Positions 1 to 10,347 of a stretch of DNA of 64,000 nucleotides are shown one piece after another. The position numbers were made by a program, and so were the translations under genes. Position 1 is the stretch's first letter, and every line of letters begins with the position of its first letter. This stretch comes from an uncultured Gemmatimonadaceae bacterium (lineage in GTDB: Bacteria > Gemmatimonadota > Gemmatimonadetes > Gemmatimonadales > Gemmatimonadaceae), in assembly GCA_963716745.1 (NCBI GenBank), contig OY970320.1, forward strand, positions 2,400,001 through 2,464,000. Reading direction: 5' to 3'. Under the pieces are notes generated by a model, which saw only the letters and a program-made list of their open reading frames with translations, made no database searches and had not been told where the DNA came from.

Positions 1-285
1 TTGGATCAATCTCTTCAATCTCGTCCCGGTCTGGCAGCTCGACGGGTCACGCGGATTCCACGCACTGGTCGACGTGGCAGCGATGGGTCGTGGTGGCCGC
101 GCTCGGGATCGCGTGGTACTCCACGAATCTGCCGATGGTGGCGATCATCGGTGTGGTGGCCATCGTACAAAGCGTTCCAGAGGCCGGTCGCGACTGAGCC
201 CGGACCAGAAGGCGCTCTCGACGTTCGTGATATTCATCGGCGCGTTGACCTGAGTTGGCTGCGATGAGGCTGCCGCAGCCAATAG
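1..285 (+). CDS. 3' end of a site-2 protease (M50) family membrane protein, partial, several apparent frameshifts
   Basis: Frame +2 from base 2 reads WINLFNLVPVWQLDGSRGFHAL, resembling the M50 N(L)xPxxxLDG motif. Hydrophobic segments continue in shifted frames. End approximate. Confidence 0.55.
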
Positions 286-304
286 CCATTCATGGTGGAA
301 GAAC

Positions 305-333
305 GAAGGGCTCCCGATCCTCGGGAGCCCTTC
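305..333. terminator. Perfect 13-bp hairpin between convergent genes (likely bidirectional terminator)
   Basis: GAAGGGCTCCCGA-TCC-TCGGGAGCCCTTC. Confidence 0.7.
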
Positions 334-375
334 TCGCATTTAGGACGCACGACGCACGCTGTCCGAGGTGCTAGA

Positions 376-1961
376 TCATTCGCGCACGAAGGAAGCCAGC
401 GTCGCGCCCATCGCGTCGATCGTCGCCTTCGCGTTCCCCCGGTCCCAGCCGTTGTAGATGAACGCGAACGCCAGCAGTTCGCCGTCCTGCGCGGTGACGT
501 AGCCGCCGAGGGAGATCACGGTGTTCGTGGTGCCCGTCTTGGCGTGCAGGTTGCCTTGCGCCGGCGTTTCGCGCATGCGGTGCGCGAGCAGTTCCGTTTC
601 GCCGGCGACGGGCAGCGATGCGTGGAACGCGTCGCTCCACTGGGTGCGGTGCGAGAAGGCGAGGAGCTGCACGAGCGAGCGCGGCGTCACGCGGTCGAGC
701 GTGCTGAGGCCGCTGCCGTCGGTCGCGATCACGGCGGCGGAATCGACGCCGACCTTGCCCACGAGGAATCGCTGCAGCAGCGCGTTGCCCGACTCCGCGG
801 AGCCGATGGAATCGGGCGCGGCGTTGCGCGCGGCGTCGCGGAAGATCAGTTCGGCGAAGTGGTTGATGCTCTCGCGATTCATCACGGAGAGCATCGCGCC
901 GAGCGGCGGCGACGGCAGGTCGCCGACCTTGGTGCCGTGCACGGGGGCAGTGGCGAACTGCGTGGGCCCGTCGAATTTGATGCCGCGGTCGGCGAGCGCG
1001 CGGCGGAACGCGCCGGCGGTGAAGGCGGTGGGATCGGCGGCCACGAGCTCATAGCGGCGCTCGCCCGCGCGCGTGCCGATCCAGCCGTGCACTTCGATGG
1101 CGCCACCCTTGGTGGTCCACGCGCCGACGCGCGAGCCGCGGCTGTCGATCGTCTTCACGGTCACGCTGAGCGGGATGTCGCTCGCGGGCTCGAGGAAGAC
1201 GTCGGCCTTGCCGCCCACTTTGCCGGGGCGCACCACCACCTGCATCACGTTCTCGTTGAGCGAGAGCGCGGACACCGGCGCGGCGTACGCGGCGCTGCAG
1301 ATAGCGCCGTCTCCAACCTTCGGGGATGCGCTGCGGATCGAAGGCGCTCGCGTCGGCGATGAGGTGGCCCGTGACGCGCTTGATCCCTGCGTCGGAGACG
1401 AATTGTGCGAGGCGCTGCATGGGCGCGTTGGGGCCGCCCTCCACGAAGCGCGGTGAGAGTGCCGGATCGCCGTCGCCGCGCAGGACGAGATCGCCGTGCA
1501 GCGTGCCGTCGGGGGCGATGTCGCCGGTGCGCAGGACCTCGGTGCGGAACTGGTGCCCGGGGCCGAACTGATCGAGCGCGAGCGCGCTGGTGAAGAGCTT
1601 CATGTTCGACGCCGGCTGGAGCGCGGTGTCGGCATTGAGCGAGAAGAGCGTGTCGCCGCGCGAGAGCGAGATGACCATGACGCCCCAGCGTCCGCCGCGC
1701 TGCGGCGTGGTCGAGCAGGGACGCGATGTCGGTGCTGAGCGCGCCGGCGCTCGTGGGCGTGAAGAAGAGGACCGGCGCGGGCGCGGGAGGCGCTTTGCGC
1801 TTCTTCTTGTGGCGCGTGGTGGGCGTGCCGTCGACCACCTTCGTGTTCTTGATGGCCTTGACTGCGCTATCCGTGGACGCGCTGAGACTTGCCGGCGCGA
1901 AGATGCAGATCGCGGCAGTGAGGGTGAAGAGGATGGTCAGTTGGCGGCGGGCGTGGTGCAT
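376..1961 (-). CDS. dacB: D-alanyl-D-alanine carboxypeptidase/endopeptidase (PBP4, peptidase S13), split by two frameshifts (~1700, ~1300)
   Basis: Signal peptide, SxxK (PASNMK), GDGDP, SxN (ESIN), DGSGLS and KTGT motifs spread over three overlapping ORFs. Confidence 0.9.
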
Positions 1962-2059
1962 GCTTTGGGACTGCTGGAGGTTGTGGCCGTACAAGCACTT
2001 ACGAGTGGGGACTCGGAAGGTCACATGGAAAGATAATCGGTGCGCAGCGAAAAACGGCT

Positions 2060-2150
2060 TTGACAGGATTAACATGATGAACCTGCAGGATTAACGTGAT
2101 GAAGCTGATGGAACGGCGCTCCATCAGCTTCATCATGTTGATCCTGTCAA
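2060..2150. repeat. Fold-back element A with 9-bp periodic units
   Basis: Two direct copies of CAGGATTAAC(A/G)TGATGAA (2064-2081, 2086-2103), both complementary to the arm at 2120-2150. Confidence 0.85.
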
Positions 2151-2157
2151 GTTTTTC

Positions 2158-3348
2158 TTAGAGTTTGATGATGATGTTCCTGCGATACAAGATCGTGAGC
2201 AGTCCCATGAAGAGCATCACCCAGCAGATCGCGAAGGCGAGACTCGCATCCTTGGGCTCGAGCCAGGTCGCGAAGGCGCCGTTGTAGATCGCGGTCTCGA
2301 GGGGGACGAGGCCGGCGCTCGTGGGGACTTTGATCAAGGTATAGAGCAAACGCCCGAGGAATCCGCTCGCGACGAAGGCGAAGAGCGGGTTCGTGCCGTA
2401 GATGATCCACGGCTTGGTCCACCACGTGATCTTGTGCACGTCGATGAGCCACATGCACGCCGCGATCGAAACGGCGGCCATGCCCGCGGTGAAGATCACG
2501 TAGCTGCTCGTCCAGATGTTCTTCGCGATGGGAAAACTCCAGTGCCACATGAGTCCCGTCATCATGCCGAGCGCGCCGGCGGTGAACATCGCGTTGAGCT
2601 TCTCGGCGATCGGACGGTCGCTCGCGATCCATCGCCCGGTGAGATCGCCGAGGATCACGGTGCCGATCGCGGGCACGGTGCTCAGGAGACCCTCGGGATC
2701 CCACGTGTGCGACCCCACCCACATGTGATCGGTGGTGAGGATCGTGCGGTCGAGCCACGCGGCAAGGGAGCCGTCGGGCACGCCGAGCATGAGCGCGCCG
2801 ATGCCATGGCCGGGGACGGGAATGAGCGTCATCGCGAACCAATAGCCGAAGAGCAACGTGGCGAGGATCACGACCTGTTGCTTGACCGTGGTGCGCAGGG
2901 TGAGCAGCGCGCCGAAGGTGTAGCAGAGCGCGATGCGCTGGAGGACGCCGGTGAGACGCCAATGCGCGACGTCGAGATGCGGCGTGCGCGAATCGAACAC
3001 CCAGCCGCCGGGTAGGGTGAGGTAGAACTGGTGATAGGGGAAGCCGGTCATCAGGAGGCCGACCAGCAGGATAAGGCCGCCGCGCCGGAGGATCTGTTTC
3101 ACCAGCGCGCGATCGCTGGCGCCGCGCGCGCGCCTGGCGTCGAACGAGAGGTGGGTGGTGATGCCGACGATGAAAAGGAAGAAGGGGAAGATGAGATCGG
3201 TCGGAGTCCAGCCGAACCATTCTGCGTGCTCGAGCGGAGGATAGATCGCGGTCCATGTGCCGGGATCGTTCACGAGGAGCATGCCGGCGACGGTGAGGCC
3301 GCGGAAGACATCGAGTGCTGCGAGGCGCGGTTTTGGTTCGGTGGTCAT
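2158..3348 (-). CDS. HGSNAT/NagX-like membrane acyltransferase (DUF5009 family)
   Basis: RLAALDVFRGLTVAGMLLVN, LEHAEWFG, DLIFPFFLFIVG, GVLQRIA, DPEGLLS and KNIWTSSY motifs. Confidence 0.85.
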   Translation of the reverse strand: MTTEPKPRLAALDVFRGLTVAGMLLVNDPGTWTAIYPPLEHAEWFGWTPTDLIFPFFLFIVGITTHLSFDARRARGASDRALVKQILRRGGLILLVGLLMTGFPYHQFYLTLPGGWVFDSRTPHLDVAHWRLTGVLQRIALCYTFGALLTLRTTVKQQVVILATLLFGYWFAMTLIPVPGHGIGALMLGVPDGSLAAWLDRTILTTDHMWVGSHTWDPEGLLSTVPAIGTVILGDLTGRWIASDRPIAEKLNAMFTAGALGMMTGLMWHWSFPIAKNIWTSSYVIFTAGMAAVSIAACMWLIDVHKITWWTKPWIIYGTNPLFAFVASGFLGRLLYTLIKVPTSAGLVPLETAIYNGAFATWLEPKDASLAFAICWVMLFMGLLTILYRRNIIIKL

Positions 3349-3362
3349 GGACTAACATCTAG

Positions 3363-3637
3363 TGTTAACTGCACGGCATCACCAGGGTGCTTACGGTTGC
3401 AGTCAACAGTAAACAGTCACGAGTGACTGCCAGTCTACAGTCAACAGTCAACAGGTCACAGAAATCTGCTGATCGTACTGGCAGGGGTCTCGGTCTCGAT
3501 TCGGCACCGGTGAATCAAGGCGTGCGTGGAGCGGTTTTCTGTGACCTGTTGACTGTCGACTGTCGACTGGCGGGTACTCGTGACTGTTTTCTGTTCACTG
3601 CGCGCCGAAGTGCCCTGGTGATGCTGTGCAGTTAACA
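3363..3637. repeat. Fold-back element B, 275 bp, 108-bp arms with heptamer repeats (MITE/REP-like)
   Basis: 3363-3470 matches the reverse complement of 3530-3637 at 91/108 positions without gaps (manual count). Ends are TGTTAAC...GTTAACA; units are CAGTC(A/T/G)A. Confidence 0.9.
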
Positions 3638-3703
3638 GGACCCCTAGGCAGACCCGCGAGTAGATGACATGATAGTAGCAAATCCACCCCTCGGAGCCCG
3701 AAC

Positions 3704-4196
3704 CATGGCCGGCAATAATGGCATCATGAAAGAAGGCATCATCGCCGGCTTCATCGGCGCGATGACCGTGGCCGTCTGGTTCCTCATCGTCGATATCATC
3801 GCCGCCCATCCTTTCTACACTCCCAACATCCTCGGCGCCGGCCTCGCCAGTATCCTGGGCGGTGCGGCGCTGCCGGGGATATTCTGGAACGTCGCGGTCT
3901 ATACGGTGTTCCACTTCGCGGCCTTCATGGCGGCGGGCGTTCTGCTTGCGTGGATCTTCCATCGGGCCGAGACGGAGCCTAGCGTGCTCGTGATCTTCGT
4001 GCTGCTCTTCATCATCTTCGAACTCGGATCGGTGGGTCTCATCGCGCTGCTCGCCGAGGCCGGAATGCGATCGCTCGCGTGGTATCAGATCGCCGCGGGG
4101 AACGTGCTCGCGTCGGTCGCGATGGGTTGGTATCTGTGGAAAGCGCACCCGGCGCTGCGGTCGGAACTGGAGAACGCGATCGAGGGAGGAGGATAA
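3704..4196 (+). CDS. Hypothetical multi-pass membrane protein
   Basis: ORF with 4-5 hydrophobic helices; GGAG RBS before ATG 3704. Confidence 0.75.
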
Positions 4197-4834
4197 TGGT
4201 GCGTGTGCATCGGACATCGGGCATCGGCATGACTGCACTCGTGTTCACGGCGAGTCTCGCGTTGCACGCACAGGCCGCTGATACATCCCGGCCGTCGGAT
4301 CTGCGAAAAGGGCCGTATGGCAGCATCGGGCCCGCCTACGCTTCGGCGCCCACGAAGGCGACGGTGAACGGGTCGTCGATCTCGGACACGCAGACCGGCA
4401 TCAGCGTCTACCTGGGGGCGGGTGTCGCACTCAACCCGCACTTCCGGCTGGGCGGCGAATGGGATCATCTGTTCGTGACCGATCTGTTCAGCGCCGAGGT
4501 CGGCAACGGGCAGAACGGGGGCATCGATTTCCTGTCGGCGGCCATCACGTACTATCCGAGTCTCACCAACGAGTTCTGGGTCAAGGGGAATCTCGGGTGG
4601 AGTAAGCTCCAAGTGACGGGCTCCTTTACCGGCGCATCCTCTGAGTCGGGCTTCGCCGGCGGGATCGGGGTGGGCTATGACTTCCGGCTCGGTCACTCGA
4701 ATTACGTGCTCGTCCCGTTCGCGAACTATTTCGCCCAATTCTCGGCGTCGGGGCTCAACGGGTACCTGCAGAACCAGGGCGACGGCAAAGTCTCCATGTT
4801 CCAGGTCGGCGTCGGCTTCGGCTACCACCACTGA
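4196..4834 (+). CDS. Small outer-membrane beta-barrel protein (OmpA-transmembrane-like)
   Basis: Signal peptide, alternating beta-strands, C-terminal FQVGVGFGY; TAATG overlap with upstream stop. Confidence 0.75.
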   Translation: MVRVHRTSGIGMTALVFTASLALHAQAADTSRPSDLRKGPYGSIGPAYASAPTKATVNGSSISDTQTGISVYLGAGVALNPHFRLGGEWDHLFVTDLFSAEVGNGQNGGIDFLSAAITYYPSLTNEFWVKGNLGWSKLQVTGSFTGASSESGFAGGIGVGYDFRLGHSNYVLVPFANYFAQFSASGLNGYLQNQGDGKVSMFQVGVGFGYHH

Positions 4835-4850
4835 GCCGGCGCCGCGCGCG

Positions 4851-5291
4851 CTACGGCGGTCCGATGCGCAGGTGCAGCGTCGCAATGTAGACCTCGCGCA
4901 GGAAGCAGAGGAGCGCACTGAAGAGCGCGACCATGCTCAGGATGAAGAGCACGCTCACGACGTTCGCGACGCCGGCCGACAGCGACGAGCCGATGAAGAG
5001 CGTCGCGACGAGCGCGCAGATGCAGAGCGCGCAGAGCGTGTCGAGGCTGATCGCCCAGTTGATGAGCCGCGCCCGCGCGGAGAGATGCCGCAGCTCCGCG
5101 TGCAATTCGGGCGCCGAGCCGCCCGGCGCCGCGCGTTCCCGGTCTTCCAGTTTCCGCGCGCGATCGATGATCCGCGAGAGCCGGTTCGTGAGCACGCCCA
5201 GTAGCGCCGCGACGCCCGAGAGGAGAAAGACGGGAGCGACCGCGAGCTGGATGACGTGAGCGATCTCGTTGATCGGCGCCGATGTCTGCAT
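4851..5291 (-). CDS. DUF2721 membrane protein
   Basis: IQLAVAPVFLLSGVAALLGVLTNRLSRIIDRAR and FLREV family motifs. Confidence 0.85.
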   Translation of the reverse strand: MQTSAPINEIAHVIQLAVAPVFLLSGVAALLGVLTNRLSRIIDRARKLEDRERAAPGGSAPELHAELRHLSARARLINWAISLDTLCALCICALVATLFIGSSLSAGVANVVSVLFILSMVALFSALLCFLREVYIATLHLRIGPP

Positions 5292-5293
5292 GG

Positions 5294-6094
5294 TCAGTCT
5301 CCTCCTTCCGACGATGCCCACTGGAAGAAGCGCACGCTCGCGAACGCGAAGAAGATCATCCCGCCTGGGATCCACATCAACAGTCCGCCGTAGCGCTGGT
5401 CCTCGATCGGCGTGATCCCCCAGATCCGCGGCGCGCTCGCGTACGCGGGGTAGAGCGAGCTGTCGGCGTAGGTGAGCACGATGGCGAGCACCGACATGGG
5501 GAGCGCCATCGTGACCGCGTACAACATCTGCTGAGGATACGACAGACGCGGCAGCTCGGGCATCGTGCTCATGAGCGGCCACCACATGATCGTCGCGGAG
5601 ACGAGGAAGCAGAGATGCTGCACGATGTGCACCGGATGTTCCGCCATCGCGAGGTTGTAGAGCGGCGGCAGGTGCCACACGACCAGCGTGATGTTGAATA
5701 TCGCGAACGCCGCCACGGGCCGCGTGACCCAGCGGGCCAGCGCGAACACGCGCGGATGCTCAATGGCAGGACGGAGCATCCAGCCCGGCGTGCCGGCGAT
5801 GAGCAGGGGCGGCACGAGCATGGTAAGCACCAGATGCTGCGCCATGTGCACCGTGAACAGGTACCCGTCGCTCAGGTCGTGGAACGGGCCGTTGAGCGTG
5901 AAGAAGAGGACGGCCAGTCCGCTCGTGAACTCGGCGCGCTGCGCGGCGGTGGGGCCGCCGGCCGGTCCCTCGCGCGCGCGCCACACATAGAGCGCCGCGA
6001 GCGCCGCGATGCCGATGACGGTCGACGGGTGGATGCTGAAGCCCAGCCCGAGCGACGTGAGCGGATGGAGCGCCAGCAGTGTCGCGAACATCAC
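5294..6094 (-). CDS. ctaG: Cytochrome c oxidase caa3 assembly factor
   Basis: FTVHMAQH, VVWHLPPLY, DQRYGGLLMW motifs; lies in the cox operon. Confidence 0.85.
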   Translation of the reverse strand: MMFATLLALHPLTSLGLGFSIHPSTVIGIAALAALYVWRAREGPAGGPTAAQRAEFTSGLAVLFFTLNGPFHDLSDGYLFTVHMAQHLVLTMLVPPLLIAGTPGWMLRPAIEHPRVFALARWVTRPVAAFAIFNITLVVWHLPPLYNLAMAEHPVHIVQHLCFLVSATIMWWPLMSTMPELPRLSYPQQMLYAVTMALPMSVLAIVLTYADSSLYPAYASAPRIWGITPIEDQRYGGLLMWIPGGMIFFAFASVRFFQWASSEGGD

Positions 6095-6447
6095 GCCTCC
6101 CGCGGGCGCAGGGGCCGACTCACCCCACGTGGATCGACGAGATGCCCGAAGAGGAAGAGCAGGGCGATCATGATCAGCATCGCCACCGTGAGCGGGCCGA
6201 CGAAGAGCGCGCGGAAGAGCGGCTTATCGTACTTGAGGTGCATGTAGAACGCGACGACGATCGCGAATTTGACCGCGCCCAGGATCAGAATGGTGGGCAC
6301 GAAATATCGGGTCGCGACGAACGCCGGGATGTAGTAGACCCACACCTCGAACACGGTGATCACGAACAGGATGAGCGCGACCCACTTGTACGTCTCCCAC
6401 CCGATGTGGGTCTGATCGTGCGAGTCGACCTTGGATTCGTCGTGCAT
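6091..6447 (-). CDS. ctaF: Cytochrome c oxidase subunit IV
   Basis: KFAIVVAFYMHLKYD motif; 3 TM helices. Confidence 0.85.
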   Translation of the reverse strand: MHDESKVDSHDQTHIGWETYKWVALILFVITVFEVWVYYIPAFVATRYFVPTILILGAVKFAIVVAFYMHLKYDKPLFRALFVGPLTVAMLIMIALLFLFGHLVDPRGVSRPLRPREA

Positions 6448-6456
6448 CGGAAGCCT

Positions 6457-7098
6457 CTACTTGATCAGGTAGACGAGCGCGAAGATCACGACCCAGACCA
6501 CGTCCACGAAGTGCCAATACAGCGCGCAGATGTCGACGTTGATCGCATCGCGCGGCCCGAGCCCGCGCTTGATGTCGATGAAGAGCATGGTGACGAGCCA
6601 GAGTACGCCCGCCGCGACGTGCGCGCCGTGGAAGCCGGTGAGCACGAAGAAGGTCGAGCCGAACAGGTTCGTCGTGATCGTGAGACCTTCGTGCACGAAC
6701 GATGTGAACTCGTACGCCTGGCAGCCGAGGAAGATCGCGCCGGCGATCGCGGTGGCGAGCAGCCAGATCTTGGAATACTTCCGGTCGCCGCGCACCACCG
6801 CCGAGTGCGCCAGCACCATGAACAGCGACGACATGAGCAGCACGAACGTACTTGCCGACGTGACCGGGATGTTCAGGATCGGCTTCATCACCAGCCCGGT
6901 GGCGGGATTGGTCCACGCCTCGTGCGGGAACGGGCCGACCACCGAGCGTCCCTTGTAGATGAGATAGGTGGAGATCAGCGACGCGAAGAAGAAGCACTCC
7001 GAGCCGATGAACGCCCAGATCGCGATCTTGTTGCTGTTGAGCCCGGTGCTGGTGTAGTGCCCCCCAGCGTGGGCGTCGGCAGTTGCGGCGTTGGCCAC
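6457..7098 (-). CDS. ctaE: Cytochrome c oxidase subunit III
   Basis: FIGSE, LTGFHGAHV, LYWHFVDVVW motifs. Confidence 0.95.
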   Translation of the reverse strand: MANAATADAHAGGHYTSTGLNSNKIAIWAFIGSECFFFASLISTYLIYKGRSVVGPFPHEAWTNPATGLVMKPILNIPVTSASTFVLLMSSLFMVLAHSAVVRGDRKYSKIWLLATAIAGAIFLGCQAYEFTSFVHEGLTITTNLFGSTFFVLTGFHGAHVAAGVLWLVTMLFIDIKRGLGPRDAINVDICALYWHFVDVVWVVIFALVYLIK

Positions 7099-7110
7099 GA
7101 GTGTCTCTCT

Positions 7111-8982
7111 CTAGTGGTGTTCGGGTTCCAGCGGCGTGAGCAGCCAGTTGTACAATGAGCCGACGAAGATCATCCCGCCGAGCAGGATCAAGATCATGTT
7201 CTTGTGCCAGATCACGCCGGTGAACGCGACACCGAGTCCCATGGCCGCGATGAGCGGCTTGATGGTGGCCGTGGGCATCGGGATGTGCAGCTCGGCGGCG
7301 GTCTTGATCGCTTGCGGCACCGACGGCGCCGGATACGTCTCCGGTCCCGGGCCCGGGTCGCCGTGCCATGCCGGTGTGCGCGACGTGACGTTCGGCAGCG
7401 TGGCGAAATTATAGTCGGGCGGCGGCGAAGGAATGGTCCACTCGAGCGTGGCGCCGCCCCACGGATCGTTGCCCGCGATCTTGCCGCGTTTCATGCTGCT
7501 GAACCAGTTGTAGACGAAGAGCAGCACGCCGAACGCGATGATGTACGCGCCGATGGTCGCCATCTTGTTCTGCTCGTCCCAGCCCTGGTTCGCGTCGTAC
7601 GTCCACGTGCGGCGCGGCATGCCGTTCAGCCCCAGGAAGTGCATCGGGAAGAACGTGAGGTTCATGCCGATGAACGTCACCCAGAATTGGATGTTGCCGA
7701 GCTTCTCGCTCATGATGCGGCCGGTCATCTTCGGGTAGTAGAAATACATTCCCGCGAAGAGCCCCATCATCGACCCGCCGAAGAGCACGTAGTGGAAGTG
7801 CGCCACGATGAAATAGCTGTCGGTCTGCTGCAGGTCGCTCGGCGGCGATGAGTGCATGACGCCCGAGATGCCGCCGATCGTGAAGAGCGCCACGAGCGCG
7901 ATGCCGAACTTCATGGCGGTGGTGAAGCGCAGCGTGCCGCCCCAGAGAGTGCCCAGCCAGTTGAAGATCTTCACGCCCGTCGGGATGCCGATGAGCATGG
8001 TCATCACCGAGAACATCGAATCGGCCACCGGGCCCATGCCCACCGCGAACATGTGGTGCGCCCACACGCCGAAGCCGAGGAAGGCGATGAGCATGCCCGA
8101 GTACACCATCACGGAGTAGCCGAAGATCGGCTTGCGTGAGAACACGGGCAGCACCTCGGAAACGAGGCCGAACGCGGGCAGGATGAGGATGTACACCTCG
8201 GGGTGCCCGAACAGCCAGAACAAATGCTGCCAGAGGAGCGGATCGGCGCCGTTCGCGATCGTGTAGAAATTCGTGCCAAAGAAGCGGTCGAACATCAGGA
8301 AGGTGACCGCGACGGTGATGATCGGGAACGACAGCACGATCAGGAACTGCGTGACGAAGCTCATCCACGTGAAGATCGGCATGCGCATGAAGGACATGCC
8401 GGGGGCGCGCAGATTGATGATCGTGGTGATGAAATTGAATCCGGCCGCGAGCGACGAGAGGCCGAGGATCTGCAAGCCGAGCACCCAGAAGTCGATGTTG
8501 AGCCCCGGGTTGTACGCCTTGGTGGTGAGCGGCGCGTAGCCGAACCAGCCGGCGTCGGGCGCGGCGTGCAGCAGCCACGACACGTTCATGAACACGCCGC
8601 CGAGCAGGAACACCCAGTAGCTGAACGCGTTCAGGCGCGGGAAGGCGACATCGCGCGCGCCGATCTGCAGCGGGATCAGGAAATTGAAGAACGCCGCCGA
8701 GAAGGGCATGATCACCAGGAACACCATGGTGGTGCCATGCATGGTGAACAGCTGGTTGTACGTGTCGGCGGTGACGAGGCGGCCGTTCGGGCCCCAGAGC
8801 TGCGTGCGGATCATCAAGGCTTCGATGCCGCCGATGATGAACCACATGAGCGACGTGTAGAGATAGAGCTTGCCGATCCGCTTGTGGTCGGTGGTCGCGA
8901 GCCAGCTCCAGACGCCGGAGTCGTAGCGCGACTTCTCTTGCGGGTGTCCGGTGGTCGCGGGGGGCGTGAGGGTCGTTGCCAT
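7111..8982 (-). CDS. ctaD: Cytochrome c oxidase subunit I (type A1)
   Basis: DHKRIG, GHPEVY, WAHH, HFH, GMPRR motifs. Confidence 0.97.
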   Translation of the reverse strand: MATTLTPPATTGHPQEKSRYDSGVWSWLATTDHKRIGKLYLYTSLMWFIIGGIEALMIRTQLWGPNGRLVTADTYNQLFTMHGTTMVFLVIMPFSAAFFNFLIPLQIGARDVAFPRLNAFSYWVFLLGGVFMNVSWLLHAAPDAGWFGYAPLTTKAYNPGLNIDFWVLGLQILGLSSLAAGFNFITTIINLRAPGMSFMRMPIFTWMSFVTQFLIVLSFPIITVAVTFLMFDRFFGTNFYTIANGADPLLWQHLFWLFGHPEVYILILPAFGLVSEVLPVFSRKPIFGYSVMVYSGMLIAFLGFGVWAHHMFAVGMGPVADSMFSVMTMLIGIPTGVKIFNWLGTLWGGTLRFTTAMKFGIALVALFTIGGISGVMHSSPPSDLQQTDSYFIVAHFHYVLFGGSMMGLFAGMYFYYPKMTGRIMSEKLGNIQFWVTFIGMNLTFFPMHFLGLNGMPRRTWTYDANQGWDEQNKMATIGAYIIAFGVLLFVYNWFSSMKRGKIAGNDPWGGATLEWTIPSPPPDYNFATLPNVTSRTPAWHGDPGPGPETYPAPSVPQAIKTAAELHIPMPTATIKPLIAAMGLGVAFTGVIWHKNMILILLGGMIFVGSLYNWLLTPLEPEHH

Positions 8983-8994
8983 CTGCGTCTCCGG

Positions 8995-10203
8995 TTACTT
9001 CAGGGCCGACAGATACGCCGCGAGATCGGCGATCTGCTGATCGGTGAGTCCGCCCGCGGGCATGAAGCCGGCGCCGAGCGCCATCATCTGCGACCCGGGC
9101 TTCATCATGGGCGCGTCCTTGATCCAGGCCATGAGATGCGCGGGATCGTTCGGATACAGGCCGGCGCCAATGGAGGTGCGGCTGCCGACGTGCGTGAGGT
9201 TGGGGCCGATGATGCCGGCCGAGACGCCCTGCACGGTGTGGCACGCGATGCACGGAGCGGTCTTGAAGAACGCGGCGCCACGCGCGGCGTCGCCGTTCAT
9301 GGGATCGGCGAGCTCATGCGGCGTGGGCGTCGCGGGAACGACCCACACGGGAAGCTTGTCCTTGGGCCAGGTGCCGGTGGTCGTCATCGCGACCGGCATG
9401 GGCGCGGGCGCCGGCGCGGCGGCGGGCGCGCCCTTCGCGGGCTTGGGCGGCGGCGTCGTATCCATCGGCGCAGGGAACACCGGTCCCGTCTGCTCGTGCG
9501 CGGCCCACTCGGCGAACTGTTCCGCACTCACCGCGAACGCCTTGAAGCGCATGTTCGCGTGCGACGTGCCGCAGAACTCGGCGCAGAATCCGTTGTAGGC
9601 GCCGATCGAGTCGGGGGTGAACCAGAGGTGATTCGTGTGATTCGAGATGAGGTCGCGCTTGCCGTTCAGCTGCGGGATCCAGAACGAATGGAGCACGTCG
9701 TTCGTGCGCAGGGAGAAGGTGACGGGGCGGCCCACCGGCAGATACAGTTCGTTCGCGGTGACGATCTTGTACTCGGGATAGCGGAATTCCCACCACCACT
9801 GATGGCCGATCACTTCCACCTCGAGCGCGCCGGCGGGCGCCGCCGCCTGCGTCACGAAGATCATGCGGACCGTGGGCACCGCGATGAACGCGAGGATCAC
9901 CGCGGGGATGAAGGTCCACGTGATCTCGAGCTTGGTGTTGCCGTGCGACTGGACGGCCTTCGTGTTGCCGGGCCGCATGCGGAAGCGGAAGATCGCGAAG
10001 ACGAGCGCGCCTTCGACGAGGATGAAGACCCCGAGGCCGGCGTACACCATGCCCATGGTGAGGTCATCGACATTGTGCCCGAACTGTGAATGGGCGCCCC
10101 AGATCGTGTTGGGCAGGTGCGTGTCGCACGCGGCGACTGCCAGAACCAGTAAGGCGGCGAGCGCGGCGAAACCGGATCTGCGCGCGCGGGGGTGACCTGT
10201 CAT
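8995..10203 (-). CDS. ctaC: Cytochrome c oxidase subunit II with fused cytochrome c (caa3 type), lipoprotein
   Basis: Lipobox VAAC, HQWWW, CuA motif H...CAEFCGTSHANM, heme CIACH. Confidence 0.95.
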   Translation of the reverse strand: MTGHPRARRSGFAALAALLVLAVAACDTHLPNTIWGAHSQFGHNVDDLTMGMVYAGLGVFILVEGALVFAIFRFRMRPGNTKAVQSHGNTKLEITWTFIPAVILAFIAVPTVRMIFVTQAAAPAGALEVEVIGHQWWWEFRYPEYKIVTANELYLPVGRPVTFSLRTNDVLHSFWIPQLNGKRDLISNHTNHLWFTPDSIGAYNGFCAEFCGTSHANMRFKAFAVSAEQFAEWAAHEQTGPVFPAPMDTTPPPKPAKGAPAAAPAPAPMPVAMTTTGTWPKDKLPVWVVPATPTPHELADPMNGDAARGAAFFKTAPCIACHTVQGVSAGIIGPNLTHVGSRTSIGAGLYPNDPAHLMAWIKDAPMMKPGSQMMALGAGFMPAGGLTDQQIADLAAYLSALK

Positions 10204-10268
10204 CCCGGATCCTTGCTGAGCGTGAGGGGACGCCGCACCGAGGGCGCCCAGAGGCGTGAGACGCAGCG

Positions 10269-10297
10269 AAACTACGCCGCGACCGCGGTCAAATCAA
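10269..10297 (-). promoter_or_regulatory. Putative sigma70 promoter of the cox operon
   Basis: Minus strand TTGATT-17 bp-TAGTTT; spacer contains palindrome GACCGCGGTC. Confidence 0.55.
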
Positions 10298-10347
10298 TAG
10301 AGTGGAGGGGCGTCACGCCAGAGGGGGCGCACTGCCCAGTACTGCGC

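Noticed and set aside
3399..3600. Repeat tracts as CRISPR arrays
   Set aside because: The units are adjacent or inverted with no unique spacers, and there are no cas genes.
10280..10300. FNR box upstream of the cox operon
   Set aside because: Only one TTGAT half-site is present, and it coincides with the -35 element.
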